Assembly (NCBI GenBank): GCA_038065275.1
Contig: JBBTRH010000012.1
Location: 14,374 to 78,373 of the forward strand
From: Patescibacteria group bacterium
GTDB lineage: Bacteria > Patescibacteriota > Patescibacteriia > SBBC01 > CAIJZX01
Direction: 5' to 3'
DNA: 64,000 nt
Shown: positions 17,821 through 26,545 of the stretch, piece by piece
How the letters are laid out: each line of letters begins with the position of its first letter
Position numbering within the stretch: the stretch's first letter is position 1
Notes under the pieces: generated by a model
Databases searched by the model: none
What the model was told of the DNA's origin: nothing
What the model saw: the letters and a program-made list of their open reading frames with translations, nothing else
Translations under genes and position numbers: made by a program

Positions 17821-19476
17821 ATGAAGCATCGTCGGTATTGGCTACTCGCCGGACTCATTCTCTCCGCCGGTTTGGCGTTCCAAATCGCCGGCGCCTGGCA
17901 GGACGGCATGACCTCGGACGAAGGCAATCACCTGGCCGCGGGCGTGGTCTACTGGCAGACCGGAAATTTTACCTGGAATCCAGCCCACCCACCGTTGGTG
18001 AAATTGATGGCGGCGGTCCCGCTTCAAATCGGCCGAATGGTGTACGTCAATACCGCCTGGAGAGCCTGGCAGATACAATATCTCCCCGGCCTCATTACTA
18101 ACCTGTTCTACGATCAGACCGGCATAGCTCGCCCGCAATTGTTGTTCTTCCTGGGCCGCCTGCCGGTTTTAGCCTTTTGGCTGTTGCTCGGAATTCTTCT
18201 GTTTTGTTGGTCACGATCAAGATGGGGTTTTGGCGCAACGTTTTTGACGTTAGGGGTTTATGTGTTCGATCCGAATTTTCTCGGCCATGGCCATCTGATC
18301 AACACCGACGTGCCGGTGACGGCCATGATTTTTGCCACCCTCTGGGCGGCCGACCGGTATTTCCGTTCTCCAAAGCTGAAACCGTTGCTCCTATTGGCTT
18401 TGTTGTTTGGTCTAACGCAGGTAACAAAATTTTCCGCGGTCATCCTCTGGCCCATCGTGTTGGCCTTGGGAGTGCTCAAGATCTGGACCAGTCGCGGTGA
18501 GTTTCGCTGGCGGCAATGGTTGATGATGGCTGGCGCACTGGTCGCGGTGACGGGCGGAATTATCTGGACGACCTACGGTTTCGAAGCCCGTCGATTGCAT
18601 GTTTCGGGCTCTAGTCCGCGGCGGATCGTCAGAATGGTCAGCGCCATGGCCATCCCCTATCCAGCCGCCAGTTACTGGCGCGGTTTATACGACGTCATCA
18701 TACATAATGAGGGCGGTCACACATCGTACCTGAACGGCCAAACAACGACCAATGGGCAATGGAACTATTTCCCGGAGGCGCTGGCCTTGAAGACGCCGCT
18801 GTTGACCTTGGTGTTGTTCGCGATTTGGATGGCGGCCGGCGGCCGCACGTTGTACGGCGCGCTCCGCCGTCGGCCGTGGCGGCGTCCGTCGTTCGATGTC
18901 TGGGTACTTGGGCTGACGCCGGTGGTGATATTTACCATCAGCATTATCAGCAACCTCAACATCGGTCTCCGCCACATTTTTCCCATTTATCCCTTCATCT
19001 TCCTGGCGATCGGGAGCCTGGCCACGCTGAGCTGGCCGATGTTCCGTCACTACGGTGCCGCGCTCATTTCCGGGCTAACCGTCATCGCTCTGATCATCGC
19101 CTGGCGAGCATGGCCCAACACTATCGGCTACTTTAACGCCTTCGCCGGCGGCACGAACGGCGGCCATCGCTACCTCCTCGATTCGAACGTCGATTGGGGC
19201 CAGGACGTTTGGCGCCTCCGCCGTTTTCTCGATCAACAACAATTTCCGCTGGTGCGGATCCAATTATTCACTTCTGTCCCAACCGGTAAAATATTTCCCG
19301 AGTCGGATCACCTCATCCGCGACGCCGACATCGCCGCTGGAGTTCAACCGTCCGGGGTGATTGTCGTCTCGACCAACATCCTTTATCGGAATGGTTCGAA
19401 ACTGTCCTGGCTGCGGTCGCGGACGTCGAAGTGGCGCATCGGCTCGTCGATTTATGTTTTTGATTTTCGATCTTAA
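17821..19476 (+). CDS. GT-C (PMT/ArnT-like) glycosyltransferase
   Basis: TSDE..HL, HPPLVK, NTDVP, KFSA, DSNVDWGQD; many TM segments. Confidence 0.85.
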   Translation: MKHRRYWLLAGLILSAGLAFQIAGAWQDGMTSDEGNHLAAGVVYWQTGNFTWNPAHPPLVKLMAAVPLQIGRMVYVNTAWRAWQIQYLPGLITNLFYDQTGIARPQLLFFLGRLPVLAFWLLLGILLFCWSRSRWGFGATFLTLGVYVFDPNFLGHGHLINTDVPVTAMIFATLWAADRYFRSPKLKPLLLLALLFGLTQVTKFSAVILWPIVLALGVLKIWTSRGEFRWRQWLMMAGALVAVTGGIIWTTYGFEARRLHVSGSSPRRIVRMVSAMAIPYPAASYWRGLYDVIIHNEGGHTSYLNGQTTTNGQWNYFPEALALKTPLLTLVLFAIWMAAGGRTLYGALRRRPWRRPSFDVWVLGLTPVVIFTISIISNLNIGLRHIFPIYPFIFLAIGSLATLSWPMFRHYGAALISGLTVIALIIAWRAWPNTIGYFNAFAGGTNGGHRYLLDSNVDWGQDVWRLRRFLDQQQFPLVRIQLFTSVPTGKIFPESDHLIRDADIAAGVQPSGVIVVSTNILYRNGSKLSWLRSRTSKWRIGSSIYVFDFRS

Positions 19477-19495
19477 ATTCTGGCCGAGGAAGAAA

Positions 19496-19621
19496 TCAAA
19501 CATCACCCCGCACAAAACTGTGAGCGATTCTTGTTATCACTCGGCAAAGTAACGTCGTAACTGCTTTTTCAGAAAACTTTTTCTTTGACCCCTCGTCTTC
19601 GAGAATGTAAACGTAAAACAT
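19496..19621 (-). pseudogene. GIY-YIG nuclease N-terminal remnant
   Basis: MFYVYILE start typical of small GIY-YIG proteins, similarity lost after ~10 codons. Confidence 0.4.
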
Positions 19622-19726
19622 AGCGTTGAAATAATTAACGCCAAGCCTTACAACATTGGTCACGTAAAGTTGCTTCGCAACCACGTGGCGCACCAACGTG
19701 AATTCGCCCGCGGCGAATTTTTTCGT

Positions 19727-20129
19727 TGGTGGAGATGGCGGGTCTTGCACCCGCGTGGCGACGAACTTCCCGCTGGTACTGTTCACATGCGTAGTCCGCT
19801 GTTGCGATACGTCACCACGTAGACAACGGACGAGAAACCGTGATGACGTTGTTCAGACAATACCGATTGCTAGGACTGAACGGTCTACCAATCGGTCCGA
19901 CTAAATGACACCCGCGATTCCCCAGCCGGAGTCAGGAGACGGATGCGCCGACGCGTTTAGGCGAAGGCGGGAACAAACGACGGGGTCGCGAAAGCGCGAG
20001 CTACCGCGGTCCGAAGTTTGCTGAGAAGTGTATTGGCACTTATCATGTCCGACATTTTTACGAAGTTGTCGGCGTTTCGGCATGGTACCGAGCAGGTTGT
20101 CAAACATCGTTCGACGATTGAACATCCCC
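19727..20129 (-). ncRNA. ssrA: tmRNA
   Basis: GGGGATG/CATCTCC-A-CCA acceptor with G3:U pair; tag ORF ANTLL...VPAFA* at 20037-19957; smpB nearby. Confidence 0.9.
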
Positions 20130-20248
20130 TGAACCAGTCGCTAGGTTCACCCCGCACCTTCTCGGTGCGTGGGCTCCGGTTCAGGGCGACGCCCTGAAAA
20201 CGAATAGCGCCTGCTGTAGGGAAGGTCCAAATCTCAAAGAATGGCTGG

Positions 20249-20277
20249 ATTATAGGGCAAAATGCCGGATTTGTCAA
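20249..20277 (-). promoter_or_regulatory. sigma70 promoter for ssrA
   Basis: TTGACA-17 nt-TATAAT. Confidence 0.75.
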
Positions 20278-20454
20278 GCTCCAGCGCTTGCTGTATACTT
20301 CCTCGTGCTTTACCAGTAACCAGAAGACCATCAGTACTAAACGATTCCGCGTCAATCATTCGACCTCGCCGACGATGACATTATGGGTCGAATGCCCCGA
20401 GCCATTCAGCCCGACAAACGGGCGAGGGGCCTCTTGTAGGTAACCACAAACCAT

Positions 20455-20967
20455 ATTTCCGCTAAACGATTCCGCGTCAACCACTTCATCCGCATCCCGC
20501 AGGTGGCAGTGATCGACGAGACCGGCAAACCCCTCGGCGTCATGGAGACCGGCCCAGCGCTCGCCCTAGCCCAGAGCAAAGGGCTTGACCTGGTTGAGGT
20601 TGCGCCGATGGCCCGGCCGCCGGTCTGCAAGATCTTAGACTTCGGATCTTTCCAGTTCCAGCAGGAGAAAAAAGAACGCAAAGCCAAGGCCCACCAGAAG
20701 AAGGTCAACCTGAAGGGTATCCGCTTGACGTTCAAAATCGGCCAGCACGACAAGGACACCCGTAAACAGCAATCCTTGAAGTTCCTCGATGACGGCCACA
20801 AAGTGATGTTAGAAATGCGCCTCCGCGGCCGGGAAAATGCCCATAAAGACCTGGCCCGTAAGCACATGGAGGATTTCGCCGCTAACCTCGGACCGAGCGT
20901 GGTCGTCGAAACCCCCCTGTCCTTTATGGGAAACCGGTTGACGATGATCGTCGGAAAGAAGAAGTGA
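20455..20967 (+). CDS. infC: translation initiation factor IF-3 (ATT start)
   Basis: In-frame ATT TCC GCT AAA CGA TTC CGC GTC AAC; LDLVEVAP..PPVCKILD; upstream of rpmI-rplT. Confidence 0.94.
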   Translation: MSAKRFRVNHFIRIPQVAVIDETGKPLGVMETGPALALAQSKGLDLVEVAPMARPPVCKILDFGSFQFQQEKKERKAKAHQKKVNLKGIRLTFKIGQHDKDTRKQQSLKFLDDGHKVMLEMRLRGRENAHKDLARKHMEDFAANLGPSVVVETPLSFMGNRLTMIVGKKK

Positions 20968-20976
20968 CCATCCAGG

Positions 20977-21052
20977 GGTCACCCCGAGCCTCTCGCCGAG
21001 GGGTCTAACTGAACGGAGGTCAGGTCATTCCGAGCCAGGCGGCGAGAAATCA
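20977..21052. repeat. two GTCA(C/T)..CGAG-type palindromic repeats
   Basis: GTCACCCCGAGCCTCTCGCCGAGGGGTCT and GTCATTCCGAGCCAGGCGGCGAGAAATC; related copy near 15195-15228. Confidence 0.5.
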
Positions 21053-21099
21053 GCTCTTGACGATTTTCCCGTACCCTAGTATCCTATCCCAGCATTATG

Positions 21100-21232
21100 C
21101 CCCGTTAGAAATGAATCTGATGGACACCGCATAACGTTACCTCAGGTTTATCACTCTAATGGCTAGTCTTCTCCAACATTTCAACCCGGGACACAGTAAG
21201 ACTTTGACTAATTTCCTTCATTTCTAACGGGG
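21100..21232. mobile_element. MITE-like TIR element, family A, at rpmI start
   Basis: CCCCGTTAGAAATGAA/TTCATTTCTAACGGGG; TATG duplicated on both sides. Confidence 0.75.
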
Positions 21233-21233
21233 T

Positions 21234-21437
21234 ATGGCTAAGAAACTCAAGACTCACCAAGCCACCGCTAAGCGTTTCCGAAAAACCGGCCCTAAGAGAT
21301 TCCTGAAGCGCAAAGCCGGCCAGGACCACTTCAATTCGCGCGACCGCGGGGTTAATACCATGGGCAAGCGCCGTGACGTCAGCGTCAACGCGGTTGATAC
21401 CCCGGCTATTCAGCGTCTTTTACCAAACGCCCGATAA
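21234..21437 (+). CDS. rpmI: 50S ribosomal protein L35
   Basis: KLKTHQATAKRF; infC-rpmI-rplT order. Confidence 0.9.
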   Translation: MAKKLKTHQATAKRFRKTGPKRFLKRKAGQDHFNSRDRGVNTMGKRRDVSVNAVDTPAIQRLLPNAR

Positions 21438-21449
21438 CTTTTTGATCCC

Positions 21450-21794
21450 ATGAGAGTCAAGCGCGGAGTCGCCCACGTTAAACACCGCCGTTATATTCTG
21501 AAGGCCGCTAAAGGGTACAAGTGGGGCCGGAAGAATCAAATCCGCAAAGCCAAAACGGCCATCACCCGCGCCGGCCGTCATGCCTATAAGCACCGCCGAC
21601 TGAAGAAACGAGAGTTCCGGGCGCTCTGGCAGGTCCGCATCAACGCCGCCGCCCGCTTGAACGGTTTGACCTACGGCCAGTTCATCCATAAGCTGAAAGT
21701 CGCTCAGGTGGAACTCGACCGCAAAGTACTGTCCCAGATCGCGGCCGAACATCCGAAACTCTTCGCTTCGATCGTCGCCAAGGTTAACAAATAG
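21450..21794 (+). CDS. rplT: 50S ribosomal protein L20
   Basis: MRVKRG...AKGY...FRALWQVRINAAAR...LDRKVL. Confidence 0.97.
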   Translation: MRVKRGVAHVKHRRYILKAAKGYKWGRKNQIRKAKTAITRAGRHAYKHRRLKKREFRALWQVRINAAARLNGLTYGQFIHKLKVAQVELDRKVLSQIAAEHPKLFASIVAKVNK

Positions 21795-21831
21795 CCCCCT
21801 CCTCATCTGAGGGGGTGGTGGGAAGTTTTCG

Positions 21832-23922
21832 TTACTTTATTTTCGGCACCAGCCAACCCACAATTAGAAGTAACAGTAACGAGGCGAGGCTAATGACCAG
21901 ACCGATGATCATACTTTGCGGCGCATAACGGAACGTCAGCGTGTGCGTTCCTTTGTCAACGGTGGCGCCGAGAAAGGCGTGATTGACGTTGAGTTGCGCG
22001 GCGCCGGCGTCATGGCCGTCAATCGACAGGCGCCATCCGGGATACGATTGAAGATTGGTCACGACCGCGGTTGATCCGGAGCTGGTGATGTGTAGTTGAA
22101 GTTTAGTAGCCGTGCGCTGAATGACGGCAACTGCGGTAGTCGCGTTGACATCAACCGCCGGCAGATCACCGGCTACTAATGCCGTCGTTGACGGATCAAT
22201 AGCGGATAGTTGCGACGGGTTCTGTTCGGGTATGAGTTTTTGTACGGCGTGAATTGCCGGCTGAGCATCAATTTTCTTCGCTAGCTTCCAGTCCCCGCTG
22301 GTAGTGATTGTTTCCCAACCGCTTGGCGCCGGATCCGACGTCAGCATCAGGTTCGCGCCGGCCACCGCTAACAGTTGCGGCGACGGATCTTTAACATGAA
22401 GTTGATTGCGTTGGCGAAGTTCCGCATTGGTCGACCACAGTTCGAGATACTGCTTCGGATAAACCGAATCATAACCCATCGCCACTGGAATATCATAAGG
22501 CATGAATTGATCGAGCGTACCGTTCGGCGTCCAGAGCGTCGTCCCGTCGCGCGTTTCCGCATACGCCCGGGTCAATAAATCGTTTTGCGGAAACAGTGTC
22601 GCCCGCGGCGCAAACGGCAGTATCCCCCACCACTGCCAGAGCATCGTTACGACAGTCATCCCCACCAGCGGCCACGCCCAGCGGCTCAAGCGCCGCCGGA
22701 AAAGTTCATTCGCGCCAATTCCAGTGAGCAGAGATAAAACGAAAATAAACATGAACGACGTCCGCCAGACCGGCGTGACGGTGATCCACGGCGCGATTTT
22801 ACCGACTACGTCCCACCAGCCGGGAAAAACGTATAATCCACCGATCAGGATCGCGGTCGCGGTCAGCCATCGCCACCACCATTTCCGCCAAGCTAAACAA
22901 GAGGCGGCGATAAATAATAAAGCCAACGGCCCGATGTACAGGTTGCCCTCGAGGTAATTGCCCGGCCCGCGATAATGCGCTTCGTTACCAAGCACGTTCT
23001 GGTCGACTATGGTCGCCAGCGACGCCGCTTGCTTAATGTTCGGTTTAAACAGTCGTTTCGGATTGAGCACCGTGCTCCACGTCCGGTGCGAGGGTTGGCG
23101 GTAGGCTTGGTCAAGCGCTTCCTTGACAGGCATCATCTGCACGGCGGTTAAACCTAAGCCGAGACTGAAGGCCAGCGTGAAGAGGAGCAGGCGACGCCGC
23201 CACTGATCGCATCGCCACCAGATGAGCGTCCAACCAACGGCCAACCCAAACGAAAACGCCGCGAGTTGAACATGGCCGGCGAAAATCATGACGGCGATGA
23301 GCGCGGATACCGTCGTGGTCGCCGACCAGGTCAGGCGTTCATGGAGCCGCAACACCGCCCACAACGCCCAGGGCAGGACAGCGATCACCGCGCTCATGGT
23401 CGTGACCGTCAGCCGCATCACGAACGGGGCGCTTAATGTCAGCGTCAGTCCGGCGATGATCCCGGCCGCCGGTTTCCACCCCAGCTGGCGCCCCAGAACG
23501 TATATCCCCAGGCCGCCGACAACTGATTGAAGCAACGTGACGATCGTAAAGCTCAGCCACGGCGCCAACCACCAGAACGGCAGTTTGAACAACGACCACA
23601 CGCCGGCTTGGCCGTTAGCAAAAAAAGTCGTGCCGTTAAAAATCAGATTGTTCCAGAGCGGTAAATGCCCCGACTGGATAGCCTTGGCGGCAAATAAATG
23701 ATACGGATAGGCCTGAACGATCCGGTCGCGGAAAATGCTCGACTGGGCCGGCTTATTCGGCGCTCCCCACATCAGACCGGGTATGGACCGGGTTGGCAGC
23801 GGCACATCGCCGCGGAATATTGGACCGAATAAAAAAAACGCTGCTCCCGCGATAATGAGAATCGCAATGGATAGCGGTGACCGGATTATCTTGGGTAGTG
23901 TTGCATACTTCGGCGGTTGCAT
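21832..23922 (-). CDS. YfhO-like GT-C membrane protein
   Basis: LPLWN...GTTFFAN, multi-TM, C-terminal YPGW...G.H...F.Y.P. Confidence 0.8.
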   Translation of the reverse strand: MQPPKYATLPKIIRSPLSIAILIIAGAAFFLFGPIFRGDVPLPTRSIPGLMWGAPNKPAQSSIFRDRIVQAYPYHLFAAKAIQSGHLPLWNNLIFNGTTFFANGQAGVWSLFKLPFWWLAPWLSFTIVTLLQSVVGGLGIYVLGRQLGWKPAAGIIAGLTLTLSAPFVMRLTVTTMSAVIAVLPWALWAVLRLHERLTWSATTTVSALIAVMIFAGHVQLAAFSFGLAVGWTLIWWRCDQWRRRLLLFTLAFSLGLGLTAVQMMPVKEALDQAYRQPSHRTWSTVLNPKRLFKPNIKQAASLATIVDQNVLGNEAHYRGPGNYLEGNLYIGPLALLFIAASCLAWRKWWWRWLTATAILIGGLYVFPGWWDVVGKIAPWITVTPVWRTSFMFIFVLSLLTGIGANELFRRRLSRWAWPLVGMTVVTMLWQWWGILPFAPRATLFPQNDLLTRAYAETRDGTTLWTPNGTLDQFMPYDIPVAMGYDSVYPKQYLELWSTNAELRQRNQLHVKDPSPQLLAVAGANLMLTSDPAPSGWETITTSGDWKLAKKIDAQPAIHAVQKLIPEQNPSQLSAIDPSTTALVAGDLPAVDVNATTAVAVIQRTATKLQLHITSSGSTAVVTNLQSYPGWRLSIDGHDAGAAQLNVNHAFLGATVDKGTHTLTFRYAPQSMIIGLVISLASLLLLLIVGWLVPKIK

Positions 23923-23981
23923 GAATACAGTATACAACAATGTCAATTATCCCGCCCGGTTCAATAGGACGAATCGAATGA

Positions 23982-23999
23982 CGGACCCAGGGGGATTTG
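23982..23999 (-). pseudogene. tRNA 3' fragment
   Basis: CAAATCCCCCTGGGTCC-G; pairs with the GGGCTCA 5' fragments upstream. Confidence 0.55.
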
Positions 24000-24035
24000 T
24001 CCGGCAGAGCCGGATCCGGCCTGTCCCGCACACTG

Positions 24036-24108
24036 CGGACCGTACGGGAGTCGAACCCGTGGTCTCCTCCGTGACAGGGAGGCGTGTTAACCACTACACT
24101 AACGGTCC
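24036..24108 (-). tRNA. tRNA-Asp(GTC)
   Basis: Full cloverleaf GGACCGT...CTGTCAC...TTCGACT...ACGGTCC-G; CCA not encoded. Confidence 0.93.
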
Positions 24109-24125
24109 GCACTATGCGGGGCAGG

Positions 24126-24159
24126 CAGGGAGACGTGTTAACCGCTACACTATGAGCCC
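24126..24159 (-). pseudogene. tRNA-Asp-like 5' fragment
   Basis: GGGCTCATAGTGTAGCGGTTAACACGTCTCCCTG. Confidence 0.7.
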
Positions 24160-24181
24160 GCTCGGCGAATAAATGTTGTGA

Positions 24182-24250
24182 CGTGCTATCCCCCGCAGAG
24201 TCGTAGCGAAGCGGAGACTTGTGCGGGGTTAACCACTGCACTTTGAGCCC
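24182..24250 (-). pseudogene. tRNA 5' fragment with palindrome in D-loop
   Basis: GGGCTCAAAGTGCAGTGGTTAA-[CCCCGCA...TGCGGGG]-GATAGCACG. Confidence 0.6.
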
Positions 24251-24510
24251 ATGTAAAACACAAACTTGCGTCGGCGGGAGTTTATCATTGTGAGAGGATT
24301 TTGTCTACGGTAATGACCGGTCAACTGTTGGGTCAGACAACCTCAAGGTAATTTTGGCGCGCGGACGATCGGCCCACCCGCAACGGCGGGAGAGAATGAG
24401 ATACATCGTGCGCTTCGCCAACTTTTGCCGTTTCGGGTACGCCGGGATGCACTAAACCGTAAGAAAAACCGCCTCACCATCTCCCGAAGGAAACGATGAG
24501 ACGGGTGAGC

Positions 24511-24945
24511 TTACGCGATCTGAATCTCACGCAGGAACTTGACCTGGTCGCGGACTCCGGTGGTCCTGGCCGCCAAGGCGTTGAGAACCTTGTGCAGATT
24601 GTGACGGACCGGACCCACGAACGCTGATGGCAAAGAGTTGAAGCCCCCTCGCCATCCCAGGTACTGGTGCCGTAGCGCCCCGAAGTAGACGTCGATTGCG
24701 ACGTAGCACCCTGCTCTGCAGACATCCTCGTAGTTCCATCGAAACACGATTTGCGTCGGCACCGGGGCGTCGAACAGCCGCACGTCAAGAACGCGTTCAT
24801 CCTCTGGGACGTTCCACGACTTGAACATCTGCTCCAACGTCGGCAAGAGCGTCGACACGACCTGGCGGATTTCCCGCTGCTGACGGTCGAGCGCTTCAGA
24901 CGCGCGGAGTATCATCTCAACGTCGTTCATGGTGTACTCGGGCAT
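24511..24945 (-). CDS. hypothetical protein
   Basis: AGGAGAGG SD; followed by hairpin plus T-tract. Confidence 0.65.
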   Translation of the reverse strand: MPEYTMNDVEMILRASEALDRQQREIRQVVSTLLPTLEQMFKSWNVPEDERVLDVRLFDAPVPTQIVFRWNYEDVCRAGCYVAIDVYFGALRHQYLGWRGGFNSLPSAFVGPVRHNLHKVLNALAARTTGVRDQVKFLREIQIA

Positions 24946-25096
24946 AGTCCTCTCCTTTGTCCTGTCTCCAGGACGACCCTCTCGGGTTATGGAGTGTGTG
25001 AAAGTGCTTCGACCGGTTTGGTCGGTGGGTTCTTATCATGTTGACGAGTTTTTGTCAATGCCCACCCTCTCCGCGTCGCACACTTCGCAAAGTTTA

Positions 25097-25345
25097 TCCC
25101 GCACCCTTGTGGTGCGGGGCTCGTCTGCTTGCTCCCGTTCCAAAGAGTACTGGGGCGGCGTATGAAGCTCCGCCAGTCGCCGCTCAAGCGGGATCCCCCG
25201 CCTTTGGCGGGGTGACAGGAGCTGGCGATATCTATGGTTACACGGCGCGGAGCCACGTAGAAGCGGAGCACTTTACGTGGCGGAGCGGAATCCCGCATCC
25301 TTCCCGAACCTGTCCCGACCTGTCCTGAGCGAAGCCGAGGGAGCC
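25097..25345. repeat. mosaic cluster of palindromic repeats
   Basis: CCCGCACCCTTGTGGTGCGGG; CCCCGCCTTTGGCGGGG; GCCACGTAG...TACGTGGC; TGTCCTGAGCGAAGCCGAGGGA. Confidence 0.55.
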
Positions 25346-25355
25346 GTGCAGGAGG

Positions 25356-25422
25356 ACTGGTGTGTAGATAAAAAACACCGTCCAGCTCCATCTCCTCGAA
25401 AAGAGAAGTGGCGCTGGACGGG
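25356..25422 (-). terminator. terminator module, repeated at 28269-28336
   Basis: Long hairpin then GGTG-TTTTTT-AT..ACACACCAGT. Confidence 0.6.
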
Positions 25423-25437
25423 CTAGAGAAAGAACGG

Positions 25438-26544
25438 CTACTTACCCAGGATCCACCGGTAGGGGATCATGGGCTCATGGGACGGGTCCATGAAGTAGAG
25501 CCCGACCCACAAACCAGCGGCGATAAGGAGCACGATGACGACCGGGTGCATCCGTCGCGGCGATTTGATAAATCGCTGGCTCGGGAACATGTAGCCGGCG
25601 ACGGCGGTCGGCTGGGGTTCTGGCTTCTGGCTCTTGGTGGCGAGCTTGATCGCGTAGATCACTTCGATCCCCACGACTCCCACCATGATGACCCGCGCCC
25701 AGAAATTACCATCCATGATCGGATCGTAGAGCTCTTCACGGAAGATAGCCAGGAGAGCGATGTCGATCAGGTAGAAGACCCCGGCCCAGAGAATCCAGGT
25801 ATATTGAGTTCCCCGCTTCAGCCATGGTTCCGCCAGCGGAATCATGAAGAACAGCGGAATGACCGGCAGGGCCATGGGGATCAGCCCCGGTGTCTGGTGC
25901 AACGGTACGAGGATGACGTACAGCACCCCGACCGCGTACCAGATGCAGATCATGGCCATCCACTTCCAAAAGTTGAGCACCCAGCTGATGCTGGGCGGAA
26001 CCTGCTTGATTCCCCCAAAGACAATCTGGAAAGGATTACGCAGGTTCTCCGTCGCTGACTTGGCCGCGGCCGCATCGATTGCGCCGATGGCCGCGCCGAT
26101 GCCGATGATAACCGGAATCCAGCGCACCCACAGGTCGTGCGTGATGTAGACGACCAGGACAATCCCGGCCGTCCCCACCAAGCCGCGAACCCCTCCCCAC
26201 GGGACATAGGCCACCGTTAGAAGCGACAGCGCGGCCGCCAATACAATCAGTCCGATGGCTCGGAGGATCGCTCGTCGGAACTGTTCGTAGGCGTGGACCG
26301 ACCATCCCGTAACATCCCTGGCGATCGGACCGCCTTCAATGCCGATCCGCTCGAAGGCATGGCCGGTCAGTCCAGCCAGATGCCCGACTATCTGACGACC
26401 CTGCTCCTCGCGGAGGAAGACCGTCACGATCGTGCCGACCAGACCGAGCTTACCAAGTTGCCAGACGTCATTGAACGCCTGGCCGATAGCTTGACTGAAC
26501 GTCAGTCGATCGGCCTTCGGGTCTTTCTGCTTGTCATCGGCCAT
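25438..26544 (-). CDS. multi-TM hypothetical membrane protein
   Basis: GAGGAGGTG SD, many hydrophobic helices. Confidence 0.75.
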   Translation of the reverse strand: MADDKQKDPKADRLTFSQAIGQAFNDVWQLGKLGLVGTIVTVFLREEQGRQIVGHLAGLTGHAFERIGIEGGPIARDVTGWSVHAYEQFRRAILRAIGLIVLAAALSLLTVAYVPWGGVRGLVGTAGIVLVVYITHDLWVRWIPVIIGIGAAIGAIDAAAAKSATENLRNPFQIVFGGIKQVPPSISWVLNFWKWMAMICIWYAVGVLYVILVPLHQTPGLIPMALPVIPLFFMIPLAEPWLKRGTQYTWILWAGVFYLIDIALLAIFREELYDPIMDGNFWARVIMVGVVGIEVIYAIKLATKSQKPEPQPTAVAGYMFPSQRFIKSPRRMHPVVIVLLIAAGLWVGLYFMDPSHEPMIPYRWILGK

Positions 26545-26545
26545 G

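Noticed and set aside
20503-20967. N-terminally truncated infC
   Set aside because: In-frame ATT at 20455 restores the N-terminus, as known for infC.
23982-24159. Spliceable intron-containing tRNA
   Set aside because: The outer halves lack the 3' anticodon arm and 5' T-stem, so joining would not give a complete tRNA.
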